64,000 bases of DNA from Rotaria sordida (lineage: Eukaryota), in assembly GCA_905250005.1 (NCBI GenBank), contig CAJNOH010000087.1:208393-272392 (forward strand), given 5' to 3'. The notes under the pieces are model-generated. The model did not search any database. It was not told where the DNA came from and was given only the letters and a program-made list of their open reading frames with translations. A program made the translations under genes and the position numbers. Positions 24,006-36,450 of the stretch are shown one piece after another (the first letter of the stretch is position 1; every line of letters begins with the position of its first letter).

Positions 24006-27000
24006 TATATGTTTTGCTTTTATGTTACGTCAAATGAAATAAAAACAAGTAAATTAAACTGAAATTTATAAATATACAAATAGTATAATCGATAGAAATA
24101 ACTTCTTCACTATCGACTAGTTCTTAATAAAATTCTTTTACAACGAGCATAATCAATCAAACAGTCAAAGATAATTTGATATTATTAAAACTGATGAACT
24201 ATACTCTTCTCAATAAAAGAATAAAGATATATATTACAAGTGTTTAAAATATGCCTACTGGAATTTATTAAAACTATTAAAACTAGTCTACTTATTCTAG
24301 TTAAATAGAAACAAGACACTTCTGAAATATTTTTAGTTTTAGTGTGAGTATAGTGTGATGTACTTTCTGAGTTTTATTAATAGGTCATTCGATTCTTCAT
24401 CGGTCGCATTCTCTAATTAAGCATATAATGTATTAAATTATATCCCCATGGCTAGATTATTTTCCTTATTTTTTTTAATACTACTAAGCTAGTATAGAAT
24501 CTTATTTGAAAAAAGAATCCAAAAGTAACAACATGAACTAAGAAAGGTGATCGATGAAGCATCAAATAACCTATTAACAAATGTTATTCTAAGAATGTAT
24601 TTAAAAAAGAACATAGGAAGTGTATCAATACTTTGTATCTTCATATTTCTTTTTTTTTTTCTTATACTATAAGCTTCATTTAACATTCATTTTTTTAAAT
24701 CAAAATTCAAAAGAATATAAAATCTATTCCAGAACGAAATTATTGTCACTATTTTTCGATCTTATGTAAAAATTCAATAATTCGATAATGAAACAGTATG
24801 ATAACCTAGAGTTTTTAAGCTATATCTCTAGATGTTGGCGGATTAAGTAGACATTAATTATTGAGAATTACTGCCAGTTTGGAAGATTATTCAACTATCT
24901 GCACAATAGCCGGATTACGTATTTTTTCATAAAGTGATGTATTATACTAATTCAATTCTTTCGTCACTTCAATTAGTTTTAATTATGACCAGTTATGTGC
25001 TTTAGATAAAGAATGTATCAATGGTTATAACAATCTGTATAAAATTTTGGTTACACAATCTGAAATAAGGTATGGTATAATAGAGGAGGAGCACGAAATA
25101 GCAAATAGCATTCAACTAAAATAATCGTTTGAAAATTAAAAAACAAATCTTTGAAAAACAATCCTTTTTAAATTGAAATGTTTTCCATAGTAAGTATATT
25201 TTATGGAGAGATCTTTTGTTTGATTTCCAATGAGAATAACTAGTTCCAACATAGATTTCATAACTTAATGAATTTATTCTTTGTCTCTAATTACACTAGG
25301 ATATTTTCAAAATAAAAATATTTTCATCTAGTAGATTTTCTAACAGAATAGAAAGAATATTGCAAAAAAAAAAAAAGAGGTAAGTTTATTTTTTGGATTA
25401 TCCTGTGTATTCCTCATTTTATGTCTTTGCTATCTTTATTTTCCATTCGTTATTATATTGGGTTTTTTTTTTGTATGACATCGCCATTTAATTTCGAAAT
25501 AAACGCTTTTTTTTCTACGAAAGATTCGCATCATTTTTCAGGTTTGCAATATATTTATATACATATATTTGATCATTTTAATGTTAAGGGTAAGATAAAT
25601 GAAAGAGATACTGCAATGATCAACGATACTGATCATTATCGAATAGCATATATATAAACTTTTTTTTGTAATATATTCGTTCTGAAAAACTTTAATTGAT
25701 TAAGGTAATATTTTAAATGAAAAAAAATGATATATATATATTTTGAAAAAATGTTGTGCTTCGCACCACATTAAATAAGATATATACAGATAAACTAAAA
25801 TCCTTGTTAATAATTATGTGATTATTAAACAAAAAATTATGTAGTCTTATAAATGACCTTTCAATGGATCATCTACATACAATTTTTGATCTTTTAATGT
25901 TTTATGACAAACACATGTCAAGAATTTTTACAGCTAATTAAAAAACTAAAATACAAAAAAAAAAGAAAGAAATCTTCTTAGAATCTTATTCATCAGTATA
26001 ACGCTTTTTTGTTATATTAAACTAACCTTTTGATTGCTTTTTTAGTAATATATGTTTTGTATTCGTTTAATTTCAAACTAGTATATAAAACAAAGAATCT
26101 CATTTTCCGGCTTTTATATACGCTCGACAGAACGTTCATATAACAAGTTTGTCAAGCAAGTTATAAATTGAAATATCATCAACTTGTCGTAAAGTGCATG
26201 TTTCTTTGTCTATATAATAATACATATCATTTTGTTTCATTTATTTTGTGATTAAATTTTTATTATCATAGTTCGAAGGATTCTTCTGAAATAGTTCTAT
26301 TTTTTAAATCAATAGTATTATTTAAGAAATAAATGAATTGTTTTACTATCAATAAAATCTTTGTTTTAGTTGTTTCAACAGACATGATGAAGGTCAATAA
26401 TTCAAGTTTCGATTACAATATTGTCTTGTCTAATAATCTATTGTTAAAATATCCTTCTTTAATATTGTTTTAGTGTTTAGACAATCATTGAGCACATTTT
26501 TTTTCCTTCATTTCATCTATCCTTATGAAATCATTTATCTCGATATCCCTGAATTATACTGGCAAGCGTTACTATCGTTGTCCTTCCAATGTCTCCAGTC
26601 ATATCAGCTTTTTCTTTCTGTTCATTAATATCGAATCAAAAAGAAAAAAAATGACGCAATATAGACAGAGCAAGAAGAAAAAAAAATGAGCGCGTCCAAC
26701 CCACCGTTCAGGTAAATGAAGTAGAGGCGTGCCATCGATCACGACTCATAGTACTACCCACCATCTCTCTTCATCATTGCGCCTGTTCACCATCATTCAA
26801 TGGTGAAAGAAAGCCATTAGACTATTAACCGATTCTGTTCGCTCATTCAAAAAAAAAAAAAAAAAAGAAAGAGGACGAAACAAGGAGGAGAGAGAGGGAG
26901 CGAAGAGGACGACGGCGAGAAGAAAGAGAGAAAAAAATGCATTCTTCATTTATTTATTCATTCATTCATTGATCGTCTTGCCGGTATAATGAACAAGCAC

Positions 27001-27440
27001 GGAAGTAGGTATTCAACAAGAGAATAATTTGTTTTCGATCAATTTTTAAATTATTCGTTTTGATCAGGTTTCCATTTTACAAATAAAAAGAAAATTTTGC
27101 TTCATGATTAAATACATACATTTATATATAGTAGACATAAAAATCTTTCAACCTTGTAAGTTGATAAGTATGGATTGATCTTTTTGAAAAGTAGAGAAGC
27201 TTATGAATAAATATTGTCATCAAACTGTGATGATCCTTAGCTTAAAATATAACTTTCTCATAATGAAAATAAAAAAATTTTTTTCTTTCTTCCTTTTTCT
27301 TTTCCATTCGATTAAATCGAATACATTAATACAAATATAATAAATGTGCTATTTTATTTTGGATCAAATATTTTCTTTTAACACATTGATCATTCTGTTT
27401 TGTTTTTCTAGATGTAATTATAAGATATTAAAATATAATC

Positions 27441-29850
27441 ATGTTAACAATTCAGTATTTGATTATTTTAATTGTTTTTCAAATTTGTCATTTATTTGTT
27501 CTTCTTGATATTCCATCACAATCAAATGTATTAAAATATAATGGTGATAAAAAAACATCATCATTCTATTTAAAAAATTCATATTATACAACAAATAATT
27601 CAAGTTCATCATCTTTAATTGATTATATGAGAACATTATATGAACAAGAAAAACAAAATGATATAAAATCTGATTATAATCTTATACGAGCTCTTGCACC
27701 ACGTATCGGTAAGATGATTTTATGAGTTTAATGTATGTCATATTGGATTAGAATTAAAACAAAAAAAGAAATGTTGAGTGCTTTTAGACACCCTTTTGAG
27801 TATGATAATAAATCGATATATATATATATATATATATACTCCGTGAAATAAACCAGACGACGAGACACGTTAGTTTTCATCGTCAGTTCAAAGTAGCATG
27901 CAATCTATGACAATACATTCAATCATCGAAGCTAATTGGTTATAGGAAGCATTGCATTGTTATTAAAAGATTCTAAATGAATGATTCTTTTTTTCTTTGG
28001 TGTAGTTATGTCAATCATAGACACTTTTTCTTTTTAGAGTTAACTATCATTTGACGTAATGAATAGGCGGATCATTTCTTTTCCGTAGTACATAATGATC
28101 AATTGTTGTCTGCTCGTTGACCTATAGTCGCATAATCTTTCTTCTTTTTTTTCCTCTTCATTTACCATTGAACTATTAAACAACAAAAACAGATACTTCT
28201 GTTTTGTTTCGTTAAAGTAATCTATGTTATAATAATATAGATAAACAGTTATGTATTCCATAGGAGTAAATGGACATACTCATCTAAGTCAAGTATCATC
28301 TTAAGTATAGTCATTGAAGAAAAAAGAAAGAATAACATATTGAATTTTTCTCTTTAATCAATTGAAATCTGCTTACCGAAGAAAAAAAATCGATCAAAGG
28401 CACTTCATCTCGATTTATTTTATATTTTTTTTATCAATTGTTTAATATGATATGAGCAATCAAGCTATATGTACGTCCTTCGCTAAAGATCATCTTAGCG
28501 ATTAATTTTTATTAACATTGAATACGATTTTATCACATCTTCTTTATCAAATTCGAGCTCATTGTGACATCTGTCACAAAAAATTTTACAAATCTGACAT
28601 ATTTAATCGATAAATTGACTATCTCTTTTTTTTTTAAGTCTCCATAGAGATAAACATTTTATTTATATTAAAAGAAAAGAAAAGAAAACCATCTGATCTA
28701 TTTTCATACATTATTAATGAATATTTAGGTTTTTTTTTTTGTTAATCTATAAGACAACTTATGAATAAGAAATCAAAGAGTACATAGATAAAAGAAAAGT
28801 TTAATTTTAGTTGAAATCGATAATGTTACACTGTATGTTTTCGATTTAAATGTTATTCATCGTACGGAAAGTATTTATGCTGTTTCATTACATTTTTATA
28901 AACGTCGAACACGTTGGCCAATATCATATTCGTTAAATGAAATTTATTCATCACATCGACTTTCTTCACTTTCTGCTCAAATACATTTAGAATCTGATTC
29001 CTATGGTTGGCAATCATTTCCAATAGGTGATGTTATTCAACGTCAAATTAATTATTTAACATCAATACAAAAATCTGAATATTTTGGTATAACATTTAAA
29101 CCAACAGTAACAACAAAAAATCAACGAAGAAATATAATTGAATTAGAAAAATTTAGTGTTTATACACCATTTTTAATTATTTATTCAAATGATTCAAAAC
29201 AAACAAATATTTTCGAAGAATTTATACCAAAAAATTTTGAACAAGATGTTAAATCTTATGAACAATTTGAAACAGAAGTTAATAAAAGAAACAGGTTATT
29301 TATTTATTTATTTATTAACAAGAGCAAAATCTTCGGACTATATATATATATTTTTTTTTTATGTATTATTCATTTTTAGATTACGACGTTTTATTGAAGA
29401 AAAACAATCAACATTAGATTCAAATATATTTTTATCAAATTGGAATGATTCAATTTCAATACTTGAACCTGAAACATGTTCAGTAAAACCTTTTGTCATT
29501 GATTTTTCTGATTTAGGTTTTACTTCATGGATGATTGAACCAAAAAATTTTGTGGCTAATCTATGTTCAGGTTCATGTCAAACTAAAGTTAGTTTATTTA
29601 TTCTTGATCAAAACAAAAAAAAAACAATGTTTTTTAATATATTTTACTTATTGTTTAGTTAATGACAAATCATGCACTTCTTCAATATTTTCTTCAACGT
29701 TTAGGTATTAGAAATGATATAAATTTACCAAAAGCTGGTTGTGTACCTGAACGTTATTCATCTTTAACTATGTTCTATAAAAGTTCAGACTATAATTATC
29801 TTATTCGTCGTTTACCTAATATGATTGTCGAAGCATGTCATTGTAGATGA
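27441..29850 (+). CDS. TGF-beta superfamily ligand precursor (signal peptide, prodomain, RxxR site and a cystine-knot mature domain), about 383 aa. Exons 27441..27708, 28811..29294, 29380..29587 and 29659..29850.
   Basis: An N-terminal hydrophobic signal reads MLTIQYLIILIVFQICHLFVLL. Donors and acceptors are in phase (G|GTAAGA, ttaattttag, AG|GTTATT, catttttag, AAA|GTTAGT, ttattgtttag). There is an RNRLRR furin-like site. The mature domain reads CSVKPFVIDFSDLGFTSWMIEPKNFVANLCSGSCQ..NHALLQ..AGCVPERYSSLTMFY..MIVEACHCR, the canonical TGF-beta cysteine spacing. Confidence 0.8.
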
Positions 29851-30566
29851 GCATCCTTTTTTTTGTTGTCGCTTCTTTTTTTATGTATATTTGTGTGCTA
29901 ATATATAGATTCGTATTGATAAATGACAAATAAATGTGTGTGTTTAAAATGTTTTATTTTAGAGAGAAGTCGAATGAAATAGTATCATTATTAAGGATAC
30001 CTTCCGCCGTCTTTTTTTTTTGATTATTTCTAGTTCAGAGCTAAAATCATGTATTTGACTTTTAGAATTTTATAAATTCGGATACGAAAGCCAAAAATGA
30101 AAGCAGCTAATTGTATCTCTGAATAATACTTGAATGTATATCTGTGATAAAAACTTCAGGTTGATCAGTTGTACTCTCTTCGAGAATCAGAAGTAGTCAA
30201 ATACGATAGCGGAATACCTTGAATATTGATTCAGGTAAGAATTATACGGAATAAGAATTGTTTGCATGTTTATTTGAAAAAAGAATTGTCTATTGAAAAA
30301 TTAACTTTTTCATATCAATATTCTTGACGTATAAGTGAATGAATTGATTAGCCATACATATTTAATTTATAATTGCCTTTGGGTCAATATGAAAATGAGA
30401 TGAATAAGTGTATAAATACAATCGTGTGTAACTTTTTTCATTATTTATTTAATAGGAAAGAAAACTTAAAATATTACGATCGAAGGACGTAAATTGATTT
30501 GATTTATTCTGGATTACAAAAAAGAAAGAAAGAATATATTTATATAATCAAGCAATGCAAATCATG

Positions 30567-31592
30567 TTATTCCTTTGATTCATTTTTTTCTCGTTGTGCT
30601 TCTAATTTCTTTGTAACAACATCTACAGGATATTTTAATGCTAATTGTCGAATATCATAACTAAATTCTTCAAAAGTTTCACCCCATAAACGAGCTTCTT
30701 CTGGTGTATAATTATAAAAACCATTACCATTTAAAATACCTTTCCCACCGGCTTTAACAATATCATCGATGAGTTTCGGTACTTCAATTCCATTATGAAG
30801 TGTAGGAAATAAATCTTTCATAACACTATGATAAGCTGGAACACCAGTGAGATCCATCCATCGAAAGCATCCAACTAATGTCATCCAATAACCAGTATTA
30901 TTACGACATGCTCGATCAACATCATCAACAGAAGCATATCCGTTTTCGACTAAATAAAAAGCTTCTCGATATAAAGCATACATGAGACGATTAGTAATAA
31001 AACCACGAATATCTTTTCGTACAAGTGTGGGTTCTTTAGCCCAATGATGTGAAAGTTGATATAACCATTCAGCTTTTTTAGGATCACTAGTGTCACCACA
31101 AATAATTTCTAAAAATCGTGTTGTATGAGATGGTACACCCCAATGTAAACCGAAAAAACGACTTGGTATACGAGTTTCTTGTTGAAGAAGACTAATTGGA
31201 ATGGCTGATGTATTACTTGTTATAATCGTATGATCAGTTACAATATTTTCAATATTTTTATATACTTGTCTTTTAATTGTAATATCTTCAAGAGTACATT
31301 CAATAACTAATAAAGTATCTTTGAGGCACGTATAATCTTCGGTAATAGTTAGATTTTTTAAGTAATAGGTTGGTTGTTCTAAACAAATTTTTTGTTCAAA
31401 TGATTGAAGGAGATGTTCATGAATACGAGTTTCACCAGTTTCAAGATCGATTGGAAGTGGTGCAATTGCTACAACTGGATGACCAGCCATTAAAAGACAA
31501 GTAGTAATACTACTGCCCATAAGACCTAAACCAACTACACCGACTGGTATTTGTGCAGGAACGATAGCTGAAATATTTTCTTTAGTATCCAT
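30567..31592 (-). CDS. Single-exon protein of the 3-hydroxyacyl-CoA dehydrogenase family (NAD-binding N domain plus 3HCDH C domain). The likely start is the Met at 31592; the listed ORF extends to 31703.
   Basis: A Rossmann motif VGVVGLGLMGSSI is present. The C-terminal region RGFITNRLMYALYREAFYLVENGYASVDDVDRA...MDLTGV is typical of HCDH, lambda-crystallin or 3-hydroxybutyryl-CoA dehydrogenase enzymes. The reading frame has no introns. Confidence 0.7.
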   Translation of the reverse strand: MDTKENISAIVPAQIPVGVVGLGLMGSSITTCLLMAGHPVVAIAPLPIDLETGETRIHEHLLQSFEQKICLEQPTYYLKNLTITEDYTCLKDTLLVIECTLEDITIKRQVYKNIENIVTDHTIITSNTSAIPISLLQQETRIPSRFFGLHWGVPSHTTRFLEIICGDTSDPKKAEWLYQLSHHWAKEPTLVRKDIRGFITNRLMYALYREAFYLVENGYASVDDVDRACRNNTGYWMTLVGCFRWMDLTGVPAYHSVMKDLFPTLHNGIEVPKLIDDIVKAGGKGILNGNGFYNYTPEEARLWGETFEEFSYDIRQLALKYPVDVVTKKLEAQREKNESKE

Positions 31593-32095
31593 TATTATCC
31601 GTATGTTACTCTTTAAAAAGATTGATTTTTTATGTGACTTATGCAATACGATAGGGTAACTCAAAAGCGAGATAATGACACTTTCGAACACATAAAATAT
31701 CACATGATTTTATAATTTGTAGACGAAAGAATATTTACAGTAGATGGTGTTTGGTTGTCAAATGCGATAAAGAAATGAAACACACACAAAACAGAACAAA
31801 AAAACCTCGTGGCCACTTGTTACAATGAATAACTAGATAAGAAACAAGCCGAGATACAAAATATTTCCCTTTGTTTGTTCATTATTTTATATACAATGTT
31901 AGCGTCAACGGATGTCGCATTATGACGCTAACTTATGTCCAGTGTATTACACATACATATAGGTTTTTTTTCTTTTTCTTTCCTGTCATATATGCATATG
32001 TTCTATTGATCATCATGAGATCATGATAATCTATTTTATATTGCGTCATTCTAGTTTTTCTATTACGTTTGTTTCATTTTTTTTCTTTTCATATT

Positions 32096-32368
32096 CTAGT
32101 GGCGTAACAAGTAAATCGTGGGTGGGTGGGCGGCACCCCATTCTCTTACAAAATGACTTTACTATGCTAGGACAACGAAAATGTCTATGTATTTATTTAA
32201 TATTTTTTCCCGTCGGTGTGTGGACAGAGACCATGTGTGAGGGGCCACTGTCCATTCATACATCCTTTAGATACGCCACTACAAATATTGTTATAAAAAA
32301 ATTACTTTTTAAAAATTATCGGTGAGTGGGCTGAGCCCACTCATGCCCTACCTTGGTTACGCCACTAG
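32096..32368. mobile_element. Small MITE of 273 bp with a perfect 13-bp terminal inverted repeat (CTAGTGGCGTAAC) and a 7-bp target-site duplication (TCATATT).
   Basis: The left terminus is CTAGTGGCGTAAC at 32096-32108. The right terminus is GTTACGCCACTAG at 32356-32368. TCATATT directly flanks both ends (32089-95 and 32369-75). The interior holds a perfect palindrome GAGTGGGCTGAGCCCACTC and a third partial copy of ACGCCACTA. Confidence 0.6.
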
Positions 32369-33253
32369 TCATATTCCATATATGATCTTGTTTTTCTCTC
32401 GTTATGGGGTCATTGTTGTTTTTCTCTTGTCATCATCGTTTTTCTTCTATTATTGTTGGTTATTATTATTTTTTCTGTTATTATCGTTGACCATTATTGT
32501 TATTGATCAACGTCGTTTTCAACATTATATAGATATATATCTGTTATTATTGATCTTCATCAATAAAGATTAGATTGGATTTATATATACATATATTATT
32601 ATTATTATTATTATTCGTTTATTCCAAAGTACGGTAGGCAGTTTTTGACGTGAGATTTCTTATCGTTAGAAATTTTAGATTGGCATACGATTTTTATTTA
32701 GCCTACAATAATTTCGGAGGCTGAAGTCATTTCATACATCGGCAAATTGAAACCTCACATACAATTCGATGGTATGTTGATACCAGTAATTCAAATATTC
32801 ATTGACATCTATCAACGATCTATTCATATTGTAGTTCTCTTTTATTTTTCTGTCGTTTCATTATAGATTGATGTTCAAAAACTTATGTCAACAAACATCT
32901 AAATTTGAAAAAAATATCGACTTTTGAAGTAAAATCTTTTAAGCATATGTTTTCTTCCATGGCTGCTGATTTATTGATTTATGATTTTTCTTTCACATAA
33001 AAATAAAATAAAACATGATAATCTACATATTAAAAGTTGTACATTGAGGAATTTATGATAATCACTAAAATCCTTTGCTGCCACTAGATCAATTCGTAAA
33101 TAAAATTTCTTAGCGTGTTTTATTATGGTGCAACGCAAATTCTTCTTGTTTGTATTGTATTGAAATTACATCAAAGATATTTGTGAAAATGACTAATATG
33201 ATACATAACTAAGTAATTACTTCTTGTTTTGATTGTTGTAATAAATCTCATGA

Positions 33254-34156
33254 TTAAGAGCTAGGAATGGGTTCAAAGATTAATGATAGTTGTGTACCAT
33301 CACGATAAAATCCACCATTTTGTAATTCATTTTGAGAAGTATTAACTGCATGTAGAATAGAATCAGCACCTATTTCAGGAGAACGAGCATTAGATGCATT
33401 TTGAGTCATATCAGTAGCACAAAATCCTGGAGACACTGATACAATGAGTAGATTTTTACTAGTAGACCATTCACGTGCTTCTATTTGAGTAAGTGCATTT
33501 AATGCTGCTTTAGAAATACTATAGATTAGACTGTTCGTTTTATTATGATATCCTAAGTCTTTAAGAGTATTTGTTTCAATAGCTGCAATAAAATCTTCAA
33601 CTAATTGATCAAGTTCTTTTATTGTCAATGTTGATGATGTATATTTATCTTGAAGAATTGCAGAAGATTCATGCAATGCTATGGGGCCCAATTGACTAGA
33701 AACATTGATTATACGTCCATTCTTTCTAATCATTGAAAGCAATTGTTCATTGAGTAATTTGATACTATAATAATTTACGGCAAATGTTTTTCGAGCTGCA
33801 TCAACAGTAAAATCTTTTAAAAGAATTCCAGCATTATTAATAACTATATCCAATTGTCCGCCATATTTTTCTTTGATTTCATTAATTGCTTGATTGATAC
33901 TTTCTATTGATGACATATCCAACTGAAGAATATGAACATTGGATGGAGAGCCAAGTTGTTCAAATGCATCTTGACCACGTTTTAAATCTCGACTACCAAG
34001 AAGAATAACAGTATTATTCGATGATGATTCGTTCAAAAGTTTTTTTACAACATGAAAACCAATGCCTTTGTTAGCACCAGTGACAAGAATTACACATTGT
34101 TGTTTTGTTGCTAACATGTTTGTAGAAGAACAACTAGTAATAATTGATAAGAACAA
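33254..34156 (-). CDS. Single-exon short-chain dehydrogenase/reductase (SDR, carbonyl-reductase-like).
   Basis: A TGxxxGxG motif reads VTGANKGIGFHV. NNAG is present. The catalytic YxxxK reads YSISKAAL. The likely start is Met-14 (MLATKQQ..) near 34117. Confidence 0.8.
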   Translation of the reverse strand: MFLSIITSCSSTNMLATKQQCVILVTGANKGIGFHVVKKLLNESSSNNTVILLGSRDLKRGQDAFEQLGSPSNVHILQLDMSSIESINQAINEIKEKYGGQLDIVINNAGILLKDFTVDAARKTFAVNYYSIKLLNEQLLSMIRKNGRIINVSSQLGPIALHESSAILQDKYTSSTLTIKELDQLVEDFIAAIETNTLKDLGYHNKTNSLIYSISKAALNALTQIEAREWSTSKNLLIVSVSPGFCATDMTQNASNARSPEIGADSILHAVNTSQNELQNGGFYRDGTQLSLIFEPIPSS

Positions 34157-34469
34157 AATAAAGTAACTACTTACTAATGTAAGAAAGAAAAAACTTTGTC
34201 ATAAAATATGAAGCTTTTTATTATCAAATATTAGTGCAAGATAAGATGCAAGAAAACTATCAATGTATTAAATCTTCTTAGGATAAATGTATCTTACATA
34301 GTTAAGTACTAAGAGAAAACAGCCGCTGACAAGTGTGATTTCAAAAATATGAGATATTTTGTGATATCATCAAATAAATATGCACATGCATTAAGATCAC
34401 AACAATAAGTAGAAAAGCTTGTTAGCACATAATAATAATCAATTATCAGCAAATGCTCTGTCCTTTTTG

Positions 34470-36450
34470 TTTTTACATTTCGAACAGAAATTTTATTTTT
34501 CCTTCTGTTTTTTCGACGGTAAAATGGAATTCCGACAAAAAGAATTTCGCCATCTGAATTTGGACAACGTTGTCGAATTTCTACAATTGTGGAAATTCTT
34601 ATGGAGTTACGATAAAATTTTGTTTTTGCTGGCTATTTTATTGTCCATTTTCCATTAGAATTTGAACAATAATTTATTTAAAAAATACATATGGAAGTAT
34701 ATATAACTAGTAAGGCTTTGATTGATACAACATCAAGTGATGTGTGTGCTGTGCTATAACTATTTTTTTTCAAGTAGAGATCTTTTTATTTTTTTAAATT
34801 TTGTATTTTAATCAAAATCACATCATTATTCGATATCCTTAATATTCTTTTTGGTAACGTCTGAACAAGATTTTGTGTTTCTTTTCATTATCACACTAAA
34901 TCATCTTTTAATATCCTCGAATATCTTTGTTAGTGCATGAACTAAATCATCATTCTTCTCGTTATTTAATGCTAGTGAAAACCCGTGCATGCTGCACGAC
35001 TGTTTTTTCTCTCTGCAAAGCTTCGCATCCATGCTTTAATTTTGACCCAGTACAAACAATCAGATACCTTGCATTATATATCAAGACCTTATAATCTTAC
35101 CCTCTTGTAGCGTTACATCCTTATAGCTTTACCTCCTTGGACCCTTATACCCTTCTAGCCTTCCGGTCGCATCTTCTTATAGCTAGGGATACATTAGTGG
35201 ACTTATGACAGCAGTTGACAGTGCACAGTCGTCCGCAAGGGCTATCCTACACAGATATGCATAAGTTTTCAAGGTCTATCCTATAGGGATATACACAGCT
35301 CTTTGAAGTCTATATTACCGAGGTATCCATAAACCTTCAAGGCATATGTTATTGGAGTATCCATAAGTTCTCAAAGGCTAGTCGCCATGGCTGAGTGGTG
35401 AAGTTGTTCGACACAAAATACCAAGGTATTGCGTTCGAACCTCGGCGTCACCAAACATAGAATGACCCTAGATAAGTCACTAACGGCTATTTGTCTCGGA
35501 TTACCCGTACGATAGCACACTGACTACATTGTGACATATATAAGCTTTTATAGCTAGTATATGGTTAGTCAATGGGTATGGGTAGCTAAAATGAGCGGAG
35601 AAACTCTAAGTCACGCCAGCTTTCTGTCCAGAGCTACAGCTAGAAATAGTTGTAGGAAAAATATCGGGCTAATGAAAATGTCCTCGAACATCACCCTATA
35701 CTGAAAGGTAGCCGAAAGGTGGGGTATTCTTCTTCTTCTTCTTCTTCTCAAAGGCTATCCTAGGAATACTCCTAAGTCCTCATGGCTAATCCTATGAGAA
35801 TACGCGTAAGTCATCAAGAGCCATAATATAGATGTTTCCATTAGTGCATATGTGACAGCTACATTTCACGGTGACTTACCTGCTGACCCATTTCAAGCTC
35901 TTGAGGATTTATGAGTGTGTCCATAGCATGGGCTTTGATCACTTATGAGTCCACATTTCATAGGATAGGCCCTAAGGACTAATCCGTACTCTCATAGCAT
36001 AGGCTTTGAGGACTTATGGATATCCCATATAATAGTCATTGAGGATCCATGGGTACTTCCATAGGATAGCCTTATGGTCTTTAGCCTGAATTTTGATTGG
36101 CTAAAATAATTGACCAATGGAAGAAGGACCAGACGTGACAGTCGACATTAGTATACAGATGTAATTGATAAATATGTTGTTATATTGTCAGTGAAAAGTC
36201 GACAATAAAAAAAAATTTAAATCATGCACGTTGTCAAAATTCTAATGGAAAATGGACAAGAAAATTCTCAGCAAAAAGAAATTCTGTCCTAATTCCATAA
36301 GAATTTCGACAATTGTAGAAATTCGACAACGTTGTCCAAATTCTACTAGAATTTCGACATGTTTCAAAATTCTACTAGAATTTGGACATTGTCGAAATTC
36401 AGATGGCGAAATTCCTTTTGTCGATATTCCGTAGAACCTTTTCGACTGAT
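34470..36450. repeat. Complex nested palindrome or foldback structure of about 2 kb. Outer inverted arms of about 150-190 bp enclose a minisatellite of about 35 bp present in both orientations.
   Basis: The outer arm 34500-34650 (GGAATTCCGACAAAAAGAATTTCGCCATCTGAATTTGGACAACGTTGTCGAATTTCTACAATTG...) is the reverse complement of 36250-36430. Tandem units such as GGCTATCCTATAGGGATATACACAGCTCTTTGAAG lie in direct orientation at about 35225-35850 and in inverted orientation at 35895-36100. A tRNA-like or SINE-like GC-rich segment lies at 35385-35460. Confidence 0.6.

Noticed and set aside
26640-27010. A GA-rich low-complexity stretch plus a short ATGAACAAGCACGGAAGTAG|GTATTC segment upstream of the TGF-beta gene.
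   Set aside because: It may be a promoter or non-coding first exon. The signal-peptide Met at 27441 is a sufficient start, and I cannot verify the upstream exon without RNA data.
35385-35460. A tRNA-like sequence (GTCGCCATGGCTGAGTGGTGAAG...GCGTTCGAACCTCGGCGTCACCA).
   Set aside because: I could not fold it into a canonical cloverleaf. The acceptor stem does not pair, there is no proper D-stem, and the T-stem is mismatched. It is more likely a SINE or tRNA-derived fragment inside the palindrome. It is not called as a tRNA gene.
35225-36100. Tandem repeats of about 35 bp that could be mistaken for a CRISPR array.
   Set aside because: The units are contiguous with no unique spacers. They occur in both orientations inside a palindrome. 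The context is eukaryotic. It is a minisatellite, not CRISPR.
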